Of a stretch of DNA of 64,000 bases, positions 52,449 to 59,504 are shown piece after piece; positions within the stretch are counted from its first letter, which is position 1, and each line of letters starts with the position of its first letter. The stretch lies in IMG/VR virus record IMGVR_UViG_3300024038_000016; one strand, given 5' to 3'. A program made the translations under genes and the position numbers. Under the pieces are notes generated by a model, which had not been told where the DNA came from, did no database searches, and worked only from the letters and a program-made list of their open reading frames with translations. This DNA is from a virus.

Positions 52449-52853
52449 TTATCCATGAGCCGCCCCCTCGACTTCGTCGCCGCCAGCACCCTTGCCCTGG
52501 AGATGACCGTCTACATGCTGGTGGGCGCACTCGCCCGGCATAGCCCGGCGGTCGCCCACGACCTCATGCGCGAGATCGACGCCATGCTGAGCAGCGGGCA
52601 CCTCCCCATCGCGGGCGCGAGCACGAACCTCGGCGCGATTCGGGACACGATCCACGACGCCCTTTTTCCCGAAGGAACCGGCGGCGGCGTCCAGTGAAGA
52701 GAAGAAGGCGGGACGCACGGCGCGCAGATACCGGCGCTGCGCCTTGGGTATTCCATTTGTCCGCCACTGCGAAACAGCGCCGTCCGTGACCTCGCAAAGC
52801 GCGGCCACAACGCTCGTCCCGCCCAGCCCGTCGATGATCTCGGATGCATTCAT
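52449..52853 (-). CDS. Cro-like protein with long C-terminal extension
   Basis: IIDGLGGTSVVAALCEVTDGAVSQWRTNGIP. Confidence 0.85.
   Translation of the reverse strand: MNASEIIDGLGGTSVVAALCEVTDGAVSQWRTNGIPKAQRRYLRAVRPAFFSSLDAAAGSFGKKGVVDRVPNRAEVRARARDGEVPAAQHGVDLAHEVVGDRRAMPGECAHQHVDGHLQGKGAGGDEVEGAAHG
52455..52697 (+). CDS. Small antisense protein inside cro extension
   Basis: GAGG RBS; 80 aa amphipathic; possible TTGTGC-N17-CAATCT promoter upstream. Confidence 0.6.
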   Translation: MSRPLDFVAASTLALEMTVYMLVGALARHSPAVAHDLMREIDAMLSSGHLPIAGASTNLGAIRDTIHDALFPEGTGGGVQ

Positions 52854-52862
52854 GCCGCCGAG

Positions 52863-52924
52863 TATAGAACTCTAAACCTGACCAAGTAAAGCCATCTAAA
52901 CCGGCCAATGTTTAGCATCCTAAA
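52863..52924. promoter_or_regulatory. OR-like: three operators TTTAG-N4-CTAAA at 24-bp period
   Basis: TATAGAACTCTAAA (52863), TAAAGCCATCTAAA (52887), TTTAGCATCCTAAA (52911). Confidence 0.8.
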
Positions 52925-52925
52925 T

Positions 52926-53429
52926 ATGTATGAGCTGGCATCAGATCGAATCAGGGCGGTAATGGACCACTTGGGCGCCACGCAGGCGCGCATGGTCGAT
53001 CTCACAGGCGCGTCTAAAAGCGTCGTGAACCAGTGGCTGTCCGGCCGCATCGCTTCGATCGACCCGCGCTACGCGTTCCGACTGCAGGCAACGACCGGAA
53101 TCTCGGCGGAATGGACGCTCCTGGGAACTGGCGACCCCAACTTCCCCGCGATAAATCCGGACGGCAAGTACGCAGTCCGCCAGGCGCCGACCCACGCCAT
53201 GGCCGTAGAAGAGAAAGCGGTAACCGACTACCACGCACAGCCCACTGCCGTGAAATTTGCCGCAGCGATCCGCGCGATGCGGGCCGTCTGCGAAGGCATA
53301 GGGGTATCTTTCGACGAAGTTGTCAGTCACCAAGCCAACCTGCCCGAGGGCGAGGTGGTGATCGGAGACGGGCATGTACAAGTTCGAAAGCCGAGCAGCA
53401 GCAAAGACGCGAAAAAAAAGCACGCGTAA
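52926..53429 (+). CDS. CI-like repressor
   Basis: QARMVDLTGASKSVVNQWLSG..ISAEWTLLGTG HTH; divergent from cro. Confidence 0.88.
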   Translation: MYELASDRIRAVMDHLGATQARMVDLTGASKSVVNQWLSGRIASIDPRYAFRLQATTGISAEWTLLGTGDPNFPAINPDGKYAVRQAPTHAMAVEEKAVTDYHAQPTAVKFAAAIRAMRAVCEGIGVSFDEVVSHQANLPEGEVVIGDGHVQVRKPSSSKDAKKKHA

Positions 53430-53524
53430 GCGTGCTTGGGGAGGGCGTCAGGAAGTGGGCGGCCGACTCGGTGCCGCTCTAACTCACCCGGGTGACGCAC
53501 GCCGGCGCGTGCGTCCCTGAACTG

Positions 53525-53761
53525 CTAAACCGTGTTCGCATGGAGCATGTCGAGGAGCGTTTTCGCCCCGAAACATGCGTCCCGCCGCTTGCTGTTCGCG
53601 TAGCCCGCCATGCCAGGAACCACCGACTTATCCTGCGCGAAGGCTGCGTACGCAATCCCGATCAGCTCGCCCCTATCCGCCTGCTCGGCGAGTTCGCGGA
53701 GCGCGTCCGCCGTCTGCCGCGCGTGCACGGCGTGCATCCCAATCGGAAGTGATCGAAGCAA
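53525..53761 (-). CDS. Hypothetical protein
   Basis: ADALRELAEQADRGELIGIAYA; start uncertain (TTG 53761 or ATG 53737). Confidence 0.6.
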   Translation of the reverse strand: MLRSLPIGMHAVHARQTADALRELAEQADRGELIGIAYAAFAQDKSVVPGMAGYANSKRRDACFGAKTLLDMLHANTV

Positions 53762-53869
53762 ATCTGGAACCTCTGGGCGCCGCCACGTGCGGCCGGGCCC
53801 TGATTATCTCAGTCGCCGCGACACTCCTTCGTTAAACGGTGTGGCAGACCCAATCGCCCAGCTCGCGCG

Positions 53870-54571
53870 CTAAACCGCGCTGGGGTCCGGGGGTAAGCAT
53901 GTCGCGCGGTCGGCCGGCGCATTCTCCAGGCACGACCGGAACCGCTCCATGCACGTCGAGAAGTCCTCTCGCACCGCGTTGGCGCTGCACCTTCCCGATG
54001 CGGACCGCTCAAAGTCGCGATCAGCTTCTCGGGTCGCCGCTTCAGTATCCGCCTGCCGTAGGCGCCGGGCGATCTCATCTTCCGTCGCGTTCACCCCAAG
54101 CCAGCGGCCGACCAGCGTCGGAGCGGGGGTTGTCTGAAACACGGGCTCAACCGTCTCGCCAATACTGCTCGTCAGCCTGACGCGTATCTCTTTGGCAGCC
54201 AGAATCTCGGCCACTTCGACCGGGAGGTTTATCGGGGTGCTTGCGACGCGGAACGCCACATATCCGGCGCCCTTATCCGGGCGTAACACCAGATGAGCGC
54301 CCCGCTTGTCCGTCCGGTACTGCAGGAACTTCGTCAAAAGGGCTGCGCGGCGAGCGGCGGCCGGCACGCTGACGAGCGCCCATAGCTCAGAGTCGCCGCG
54401 CTTCAGCAGACAGAAGCCGTACCCCTCGGCGTTGGTGATGCATGGCGACTGGGTGACCGCATCGGTCATCGAGTCTCGCGTCTCCGTCATGGTCCATTCG
54501 GCGCGCACGCCACAGGACAGGACTATCCCTACGACGGCAGCCGAAAGCCATCGCGCCACGGCGGGTTTCAT
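53870..54571 (-). CDS. Secreted/periplasmic protein in immunity region
   Basis: Signal peptide MKPAVARWLSAAVVGIVLSCGVRA; paired Cys. Confidence 0.7.
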   Translation of the reverse strand: MKPAVARWLSAAVVGIVLSCGVRAEWTMTETRDSMTDAVTQSPCITNAEGYGFCLLKRGDSELWALVSVPAAARRAALLTKFLQYRTDKRGAHLVLRPDKGAGYVAFRVASTPINLPVEVAEILAAKEIRVRLTSSIGETVEPVFQTTPAPTLVGRWLGVNATEDEIARRLRQADTEAATREADRDFERSASGRCSANAVREDFSTCMERFRSCLENAPADRATCLPPDPSAV

Positions 54572-54743
54572 GCGGGTCCTTTCCGTCTCCGGGCCATCGT
54601 TTTCACGGCCCACCCTAGCCAGATTGCGGCGCCTCGCTGCCCCGAAAAGTTGCCACGGGGCGGAGTGCCGACAGCCACCGAAGCCTACCCACACCAGCCA
54701 CTTCCGCGCATGACGCCGGTCACGCATCCGTTCAGCACGGAAG

Positions 54744-54783
54744 TTTAGAGCGCTTGACTCTTGAAGGTTTAGTGTTCTAAATT
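54744..54783 (+). promoter_or_regulatory. OL-like operators and PL-like promoter
   Basis: TTTAGAGCGCTTGA (54744) and TTTAGTGTTCTAAA (54768), 24 bp apart; TTGACT-N18-TAAATT. Confidence 0.75.
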
Positions 54784-54900
54784 TGACTCACCCCGCGGAC
54801 CGGCAGGCCAGCAGTCAGGGCAAGACCCAAGCCGGAGACGTACCGCCACGAAGTCGGACGGGGAAGGGATCGCACACCTTCAACGCACCCGGAGGCCGTC

Positions 54901-55095
54901 ATGCTCTCCCCGAAAACGCCCCTCAAGTCGTGGCTCCTGGCCCTGGCCGCATTGGCCGGCCAAGGCATCGCCACCGTCGCCGACCAGCTTGCGCCGCAGC
55001 CGCGGATCTCTAACGGTCGCAGCAAGTACAAGCCCCACCAAGGCAAGCGCGAATGCGCCCGCCGCGTGCGGCAGATGCGCGGAGGTGTGCTTTGA
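54901..55095 (+). CDS. Hypothetical protein
   Basis: GGAGG RBS; first gene after PL-like promoter. Confidence 0.65.
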   Translation: MLSPKTPLKSWLLALAALAGQGIATVADQLAPQPRISNGRSKYKPHQGKRECARRVRQMRGGVL

Positions 55096-55487
55096 GCGCC
55101 GAAGCCATCAAGGCCTTGACCCTTGAAGAGTTCCACCTGGCGTGCCAAGCCCAAGCGCCCAGCAACGACCTGATCGTCTTCAAGTGCCCGACGTGCGGCT
55201 GCCTGCAGTGCGCCCGCGAGCTCATTGCCGCCGGTGCCGGCGCGACCTTCGAGGATGTCTGGAAGTACGCCGGCTTCTCCTGCATCGGGCGATTCCAGGG
55301 CGCCGGATCCCCGCGTGCCGAGCGGGACGGCAAGCCCTGCAACTGGACGCTGGGCGGCCTGTTCCAGGTGCACCGCTTTGAGGTCATTACGCCCGACGGC
55401 GCGCATCACCCACTGTTTGAACTCGCTACGCCGGAAGAAGCGCGGGCACACCTCGCCGCCCTCGTCACTGCGGAGACTGCAGCGTGA
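55092..55487 (+). CDS. VVA0879-like zinc-binding protein
   Basis: FKCPTCGCLQ, FSCIGR, CNWTLGGLF. Confidence 0.7.
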   Translation: MSAEAIKALTLEEFHLACQAQAPSNDLIVFKCPTCGCLQCARELIAAGAGATFEDVWKYAGFSCIGRFQGAGSPRAERDGKPCNWTLGGLFQVHRFEVITPDGAHHPLFELATPEEARAHLAALVTAETAA

Positions 55488-55705
55488 CCACATCCAGCAA
55501 GCCGCGCGTGCGCCGAACGCTGTCGGTCAAGGAAATCATCCGGGTCGCAGAGCTCTCGCGCAGAGGCGATGCCAGCACCGCAGATCCGCGCGACTTCTGC
55601 GCAATGCTCATCGGTTGGATAGAGGGTGGAAACCACCCCGACGGTGCGGCTGAGCTGGCACGCGCTTTTGGCTGGGAGCGCATGGCGCAGTGCATCAAGC
55701 GATGA
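55484..55705 (+). CDS. Hypothetical protein
   Basis: GTGA/ATGA coupling on both sides. Confidence 0.6.
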   Translation: MTTSSKPRVRRTLSVKEIIRVAELSRRGDASTADPRDFCAMLIGWIEGGNHPDGAAELARAFGWERMAQCIKR

Positions 55706-55905
55706 CGACGCCCCTCAACCCCGCCGACGCCCCCGCCGGCTACGAAGCACGGCCCGTCAAGGTCGAGCTCTCCTGCGACGGCTGCGCCTTCTTCGCCGGC
55801 CGCTGCCTGCACGTAGCGGGCCGCTGCTGCGGCGAGAACCGCGCCGACGGCCAGGACGTGGTCTTCGTTCACCGCCCCACGACGCCCCAGGAGTCCAACC
55901 AATGA
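55702..55905 (+). CDS. Cys-rich hypothetical protein
   Basis: CDGCAF..C..RCC..R.DGQDVVF. Confidence 0.6.
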   Translation: MTTPLNPADAPAGYEARPVKVELSCDGCAFFAGRCLHVAGRCCGENRADGQDVVFVHRPTTPQESNQ

Positions 55906-56336
55906 AGCTCCTCGCCGACGCATTACAGGCCGAAATGCAGATGCACGCGCACCGCCTTGAGCAACTGCGCAAGCACGCCGGCCAGCTGCACACCGCCGAA
56001 CAACTGCAGGAAGAACTGCGCCAGCTCGGCCTGCCCATCGAAGAGCTGCGCGCCCATTGGGACCAGTGGCCTGCGCACCCCTTCGAGTGCGCCAACGCCA
56101 GCGCCGGCTACGCCTACCGCGACCCCGGCAGCCTCGTGATCACGGTTGGCGTGTCGTCGCTGTATGCAGCGTCCGTCAAAGATGCGTTGCGCGCCCTCGG
56201 ATGGAACGAAGCCCCGCTCGCGCGGCAGGGCCGCCTGGCGTACTACCACTCGGGAGATCCGGAGACCCGCCTGCACCTCTGCATTCGCTTCCGCGAGGTC
56301 CGCATGCACGCCCTGCAGGTGGGGGAGTCCGCATGA
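55902..56336 (+). CDS. Hypothetical protein
   Basis: GGAG RBS; coupled. Confidence 0.65.
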   Translation: MKLLADALQAEMQMHAHRLEQLRKHAGQLHTAEQLQEELRQLGLPIEELRAHWDQWPAHPFECANASAGYAYRDPGSLVITVGVSSLYAASVKDALRALGWNEAPLARQGRLAYYHSGDPETRLHLCIRFREVRMHALQVGESA

Positions 56337-56542
56337 TCCGCCGCATCTACCACCGCCTGCGCATCGCCCGCGCCAAGGCCGCACTCGTCCGCGCCGAGAG
56401 GGCTATCGACACCACCAAGGCGCAACAGAAAGCGGACCTCAAGCACTACCGCACCGTCGCGCTCAAGGCGCGCGCCCACCTGGTCGAGTGCGAGGCCGAC
56501 GCCGCGATTGCAGGCGCCCTGCACCTGGACGCCTCGCGATGA
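56333..56542 (+). CDS. Hypothetical helical protein
   Basis: ATGA coupling on both sides. Confidence 0.6.
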   Translation: MIRRIYHRLRIARAKAALVRAERAIDTTKAQQKADLKHYRTVALKARAHLVECEADAAIAGALHLDASR

Positions 56543-56646
56543 CGCCGCGCCTCGAAACCCTCTACGGCCTGATCGGCGCCGCGTTCCTCTGCTGGCTCGC
56601 CGTGGAGGCCTTCTACAAGCTCATCACCGAAGGCTTCGTCCTGTGA
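56539..56646 (+). CDS. Small TM peptide (35 aa)
   Basis: MTPRLETLYGLIGAAFLCWLAVEAFYKL; coupled on both sides. Confidence 0.5.
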   Translation: MTPRLETLYGLIGAAFLCWLAVEAFYKLITEGFVL

Positions 56647-57668
56647 CCCCAAAAGAACTGCTCGCGGCCATCAAGCCCGCCGCCAATGCCGCGGCCAAGC
56701 ATTCGCCGCTGCCTGTCCTCACGGACCTCTGCTTCTCCGAAGGCCGCGTCACGGGTGGCGACAACATCATCGAGCTGAGCCTGCCGGTGGAGCTGGACAT
56801 CAGCGGATGCGTGCCGGCGCAGCGCCTCACCAGCGCGCTGGCCGTCATGCCGCCCGACGCGGAGCTGCGCACCGACATCAAGGACGGCCGTTTGTCCCTG
56901 CGTGCGGGCGGCTCTCGCCACATGCTGCCGATTCGCCCGGTCAGCAATTATCCGTTTCAGGCCTTTGAGCCTGCGGGCGTTGCGGTGGACGTGGCCGCCC
57001 ATGCGCTGCGCCGCGTGGCCCCGGCGGTGAGCAAAGACCACTCGCGGCCCTTCATGACCGGCGTGCACGTCTTTGCCCGCGATAACGCGTTGCGCGTGGA
57101 AGCTTCGAATGCGGTGCTGATGCTGCGCTCCGACACGCAAGGCGTGGATGCGGACATCGACCTGATCCTGCCGTCGCACACCGTTGCCGCCCTGGACGAC
57201 GGGCAATGGCAGATCCGGCCAGGCACGCACACCGTTGAGCTCAAGAGCGGGAACGTGCGCATCGTCTCGCGCGTGATCGACGCCACCTATCCGGACACGG
57301 ACCGCATCTTCAACGGGCGCGAGAAACGGCCGATCGCCACCATCCCGCGCGAACCGCTGATCCGCGCCATCCGTGGCGCCGCCGTCGCTACCGCCGGCCA
57401 GAAGCAGCCCACGCTGCTGATCCAGTTTCGCCCGGGGCAAATCGAGTTCTCCAGCGCCGACGAGGCCGCCGAGAGTCGCGACGTACTCGAGTGCGATTGC
57501 ACCGTCACGCTGAACACCGAATTCCGCCCGCCGCAGCTTCTTGTCGTGCTCGACGCCCTGTCGGGTGACGACGTTCTCTGGTCGCAGCCCGAACCGGTCT
57601 GCTTCGCGCGCATTGAATCGGCCCAGCACAGCGACTTCGTTGCGCTGGTCGGCGCGCTCCGTAACTGA
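56643..57668 (+). CDS. dnaN: Divergent DNA polymerase III beta sliding clamp homolog
   Basis: 341 aa; ELLAAIK..PVLT.L, AVSKD.SRPFMTGV, SRVIDATYPDTDRIF, IPREPLIRAI. Confidence 0.85.
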   Translation: MTPKELLAAIKPAANAAAKHSPLPVLTDLCFSEGRVTGGDNIIELSLPVELDISGCVPAQRLTSALAVMPPDAELRTDIKDGRLSLRAGGSRHMLPIRPVSNYPFQAFEPAGVAVDVAAHALRRVAPAVSKDHSRPFMTGVHVFARDNALRVEASNAVLMLRSDTQGVDADIDLILPSHTVAALDDGQWQIRPGTHTVELKSGNVRIVSRVIDATYPDTDRIFNGREKRPIATIPREPLIRAIRGAAVATAGQKQPTLLIQFRPGQIEFSSADEAAESRDVLECDCTVTLNTEFRPPQLLVVLDALSGDDVLWSQPEPVCFARIESAQHSDFVALVGALRN

Positions 57669-57676
57669 GGCCCACC

Positions 57677-58093
57677 ATGACCCCGAATGAAACGCTCGCC
57701 GCCGCCATGGCTGGCAACAAGGCCCCGCTGGTCAAGGCGGAGTTGAAGCACATCAACAGCAACATCAAGCCCGAGACGATGGAGACCATGCCCCATCGCA
57801 CCGCGGAGGCCTACAGGCTTTCGGGTGGCCTGGTGTTCTGGAGCACACAGGGCTCGGCGCAATGCCGGCGCTGCTCCGGCGAGGGCGACGTGGTGCACGA
57901 ACACGACATCGTGACGTGCGGCGCCTGCCAAGGCTCCGGTCGCCACCAGGCGAGCGGACCCGACTTCATCACCGATGTGGACGGCAACCTGCTGGACATG
58001 CCGGCGTTGATGTACGTGGCGGACGCAGGCTACCCGCGCCGAACGCCGGCGGTTGAGACTCTGAAGCGCTGGCTCGGCGAGGTGACGGCATGA
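57677..58093 (+). CDS. Protein with DnaJ-type CxxCxGxG zinc finger
   Basis: CRRCSGEG..CGACQGSG. Confidence 0.65.
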   Translation: MTPNETLAAAMAGNKAPLVKAELKHINSNIKPETMETMPHRTAEAYRLSGGLVFWSTQGSAQCRRCSGEGDVVHEHDIVTCGACQGSGRHQASGPDFITDVDGNLLDMPALMYVADAGYPRRTPAVETLKRWLGEVTA

Positions 58094-58629
58094 GCTGGAT
58101 CCTCACCTACACGGGCAAGCACTTCGATTTCCGCGATATAGACCCGGATGTGGTCTGCATCCAAGACATCGCCCACGCACTCGGCAAGCTGTGCCGCTTC
58201 AACGGGCACTGCGCGCGCTTCCACAGCGTGGCCGAGCACAGCATCGCGGTTTGCGATCTGCTCCCCATTGAGTTCAAGCTCGAAGGCCTGCTGCACGACG
58301 CCGCCGAAGCCTACATCGGCGACTGCGTGCAGCCGTTGAAGATGCTGCTTGGCGACTACCGCGCGATCGAGCAGGGCGTCAATTGGGCGATCCGCACCCG
58401 GTTTGGCTTGCCGTCGAAGATGTCACCCGAGGTGAAGCACGCGGACCTCCGCGTATTGGCGACGGAGCGCATGAAGCTCATTCCGGACGACCCCACACCT
58501 TGGGCCATCCTGGAGGGCATTGCGCCGGCGGAAAGCCTACTCGTTGGCGTCCTCAATCCCGATGAAGCCGCGGCCCGATTCCTTGGTCGCTTCATTCATC
58601 TGACAGCCGACGGAGGGCGCGAGGCATGA
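58090..58629 (+). CDS. HD-domain phosphohydrolase (YfdR/YfbR-like)
   Basis: DIAHAL..RFNGH..SVAEHS..LLHDAAEAYIGD. Confidence 0.88.
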   Translation: MSWILTYTGKHFDFRDIDPDVVCIQDIAHALGKLCRFNGHCARFHSVAEHSIAVCDLLPIEFKLEGLLHDAAEAYIGDCVQPLKMLLGDYRAIEQGVNWAIRTRFGLPSKMSPEVKHADLRVLATERMKLIPDDPTPWAILEGIAPAESLLVGVLNPDEAAARFLGRFIHLTADGGREA

Positions 58630-58946
58630 GCGCCGCCCACTGTAACGACTGGCCCGAGCTGATCGACGACATGCACATGATCGGCCGCCCGCGAGTGCTT
58701 GCCCTGGCCTGCGAGCCGATCGAGGTCACGCCCGGCTACGTGCGCCTCCTGCTGCCGCAAGACCGCCGCGCCTTCCTCGCGTATGAGCACGAGCTGCGCG
58801 CCGTGCTCGAGCGCCACTTCGGTTGCGACGTCACGCTATCGATCGAGACGCCCGACGACGACATCTCAGTGCGCACCCGCACCGGCCGCCTGCTGATCGA
58901 TCGCCGGCCAGGCTGGACGGTTTCCACCCACCGGCTGCGGAGCTGA
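58626..58946 (+). CDS. Stand-alone Pol III tau C-terminal-like domain
   Basis: DWPELI..G..RVLAL..VRLLLP..L..VL.RHFG..V.LSIE pattern like the DnaX C-terminal core, aligned from memory. Confidence 0.6.
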   Translation: MSAAHCNDWPELIDDMHMIGRPRVLALACEPIEVTPGYVRLLLPQDRRAFLAYEHELRAVLERHFGCDVTLSIETPDDDISVRTRTGRLLIDRRPGWTVSTHRLRS

Positions 58947-58948
58947 GG

Positions 58949-59494
58949 ATGAACAAACGAATCCTCAAGAAGCACTGCAAGCGGGCGGTGCCATACCTCA
59001 AGCGGCTGGCCGCGCTCGGCCACATCAGCGAAGACCGACTATTCCTGACGGACCGGCAAGACCCGCCGTCCTGGACTTTCAATCCGCGCCGCTTCGACCA
59101 CAAGCACCGCGACCGCGCGGACGGATTCTGTCGCAGCCGAGAGGCGCGTCGCGAGTGGATGCGCCGCGGCTACATCCAAGTGCTGAAGGGCACGCCCGCC
59201 GTCGGGTTCTGGGGTGGCTATTGGGACAAAGAGTGGGAGGACCACTCCGCTTTCGAGTGGCTGCAGCTCATGGTCGTAGATCACTTCACCGAGTGGCCCG
59301 AGCCGCCGCACGCGGACGACTCCGACAGCCCGCGCTGGCACTACGCCGGCCCTCGCATCCGCTGCACAAGCGATGTCTTCGGCGCCGCCGAGGCAATGCT
59401 GCAGGAGATCGAGCGCGCAGCCGCTGAGCGTGCAGCCCTGCGGGCCAAGGCCTTCCCCCCGGGCTTCGTTCCCGACGATTTCCCCCAGGAATAG
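58949..59494 (+). CDS. Hypothetical protein
   Basis: GAGG RBS; W-rich GFWGGYWDKEWED. Confidence 0.7.
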   Translation: MNKRILKKHCKRAVPYLKRLAALGHISEDRLFLTDRQDPPSWTFNPRRFDHKHRDRADGFCRSREARREWMRRGYIQVLKGTPAVGFWGGYWDKEWEDHSAFEWLQLMVVDHFTEWPEPPHADDSDSPRWHYAGPRIRCTSDVFGAAEAMLQEIERAAAERAALRAKAFPPGFVPDDFPQE

Positions 59495-59504
59495 GCGGCT
59501 GAGC

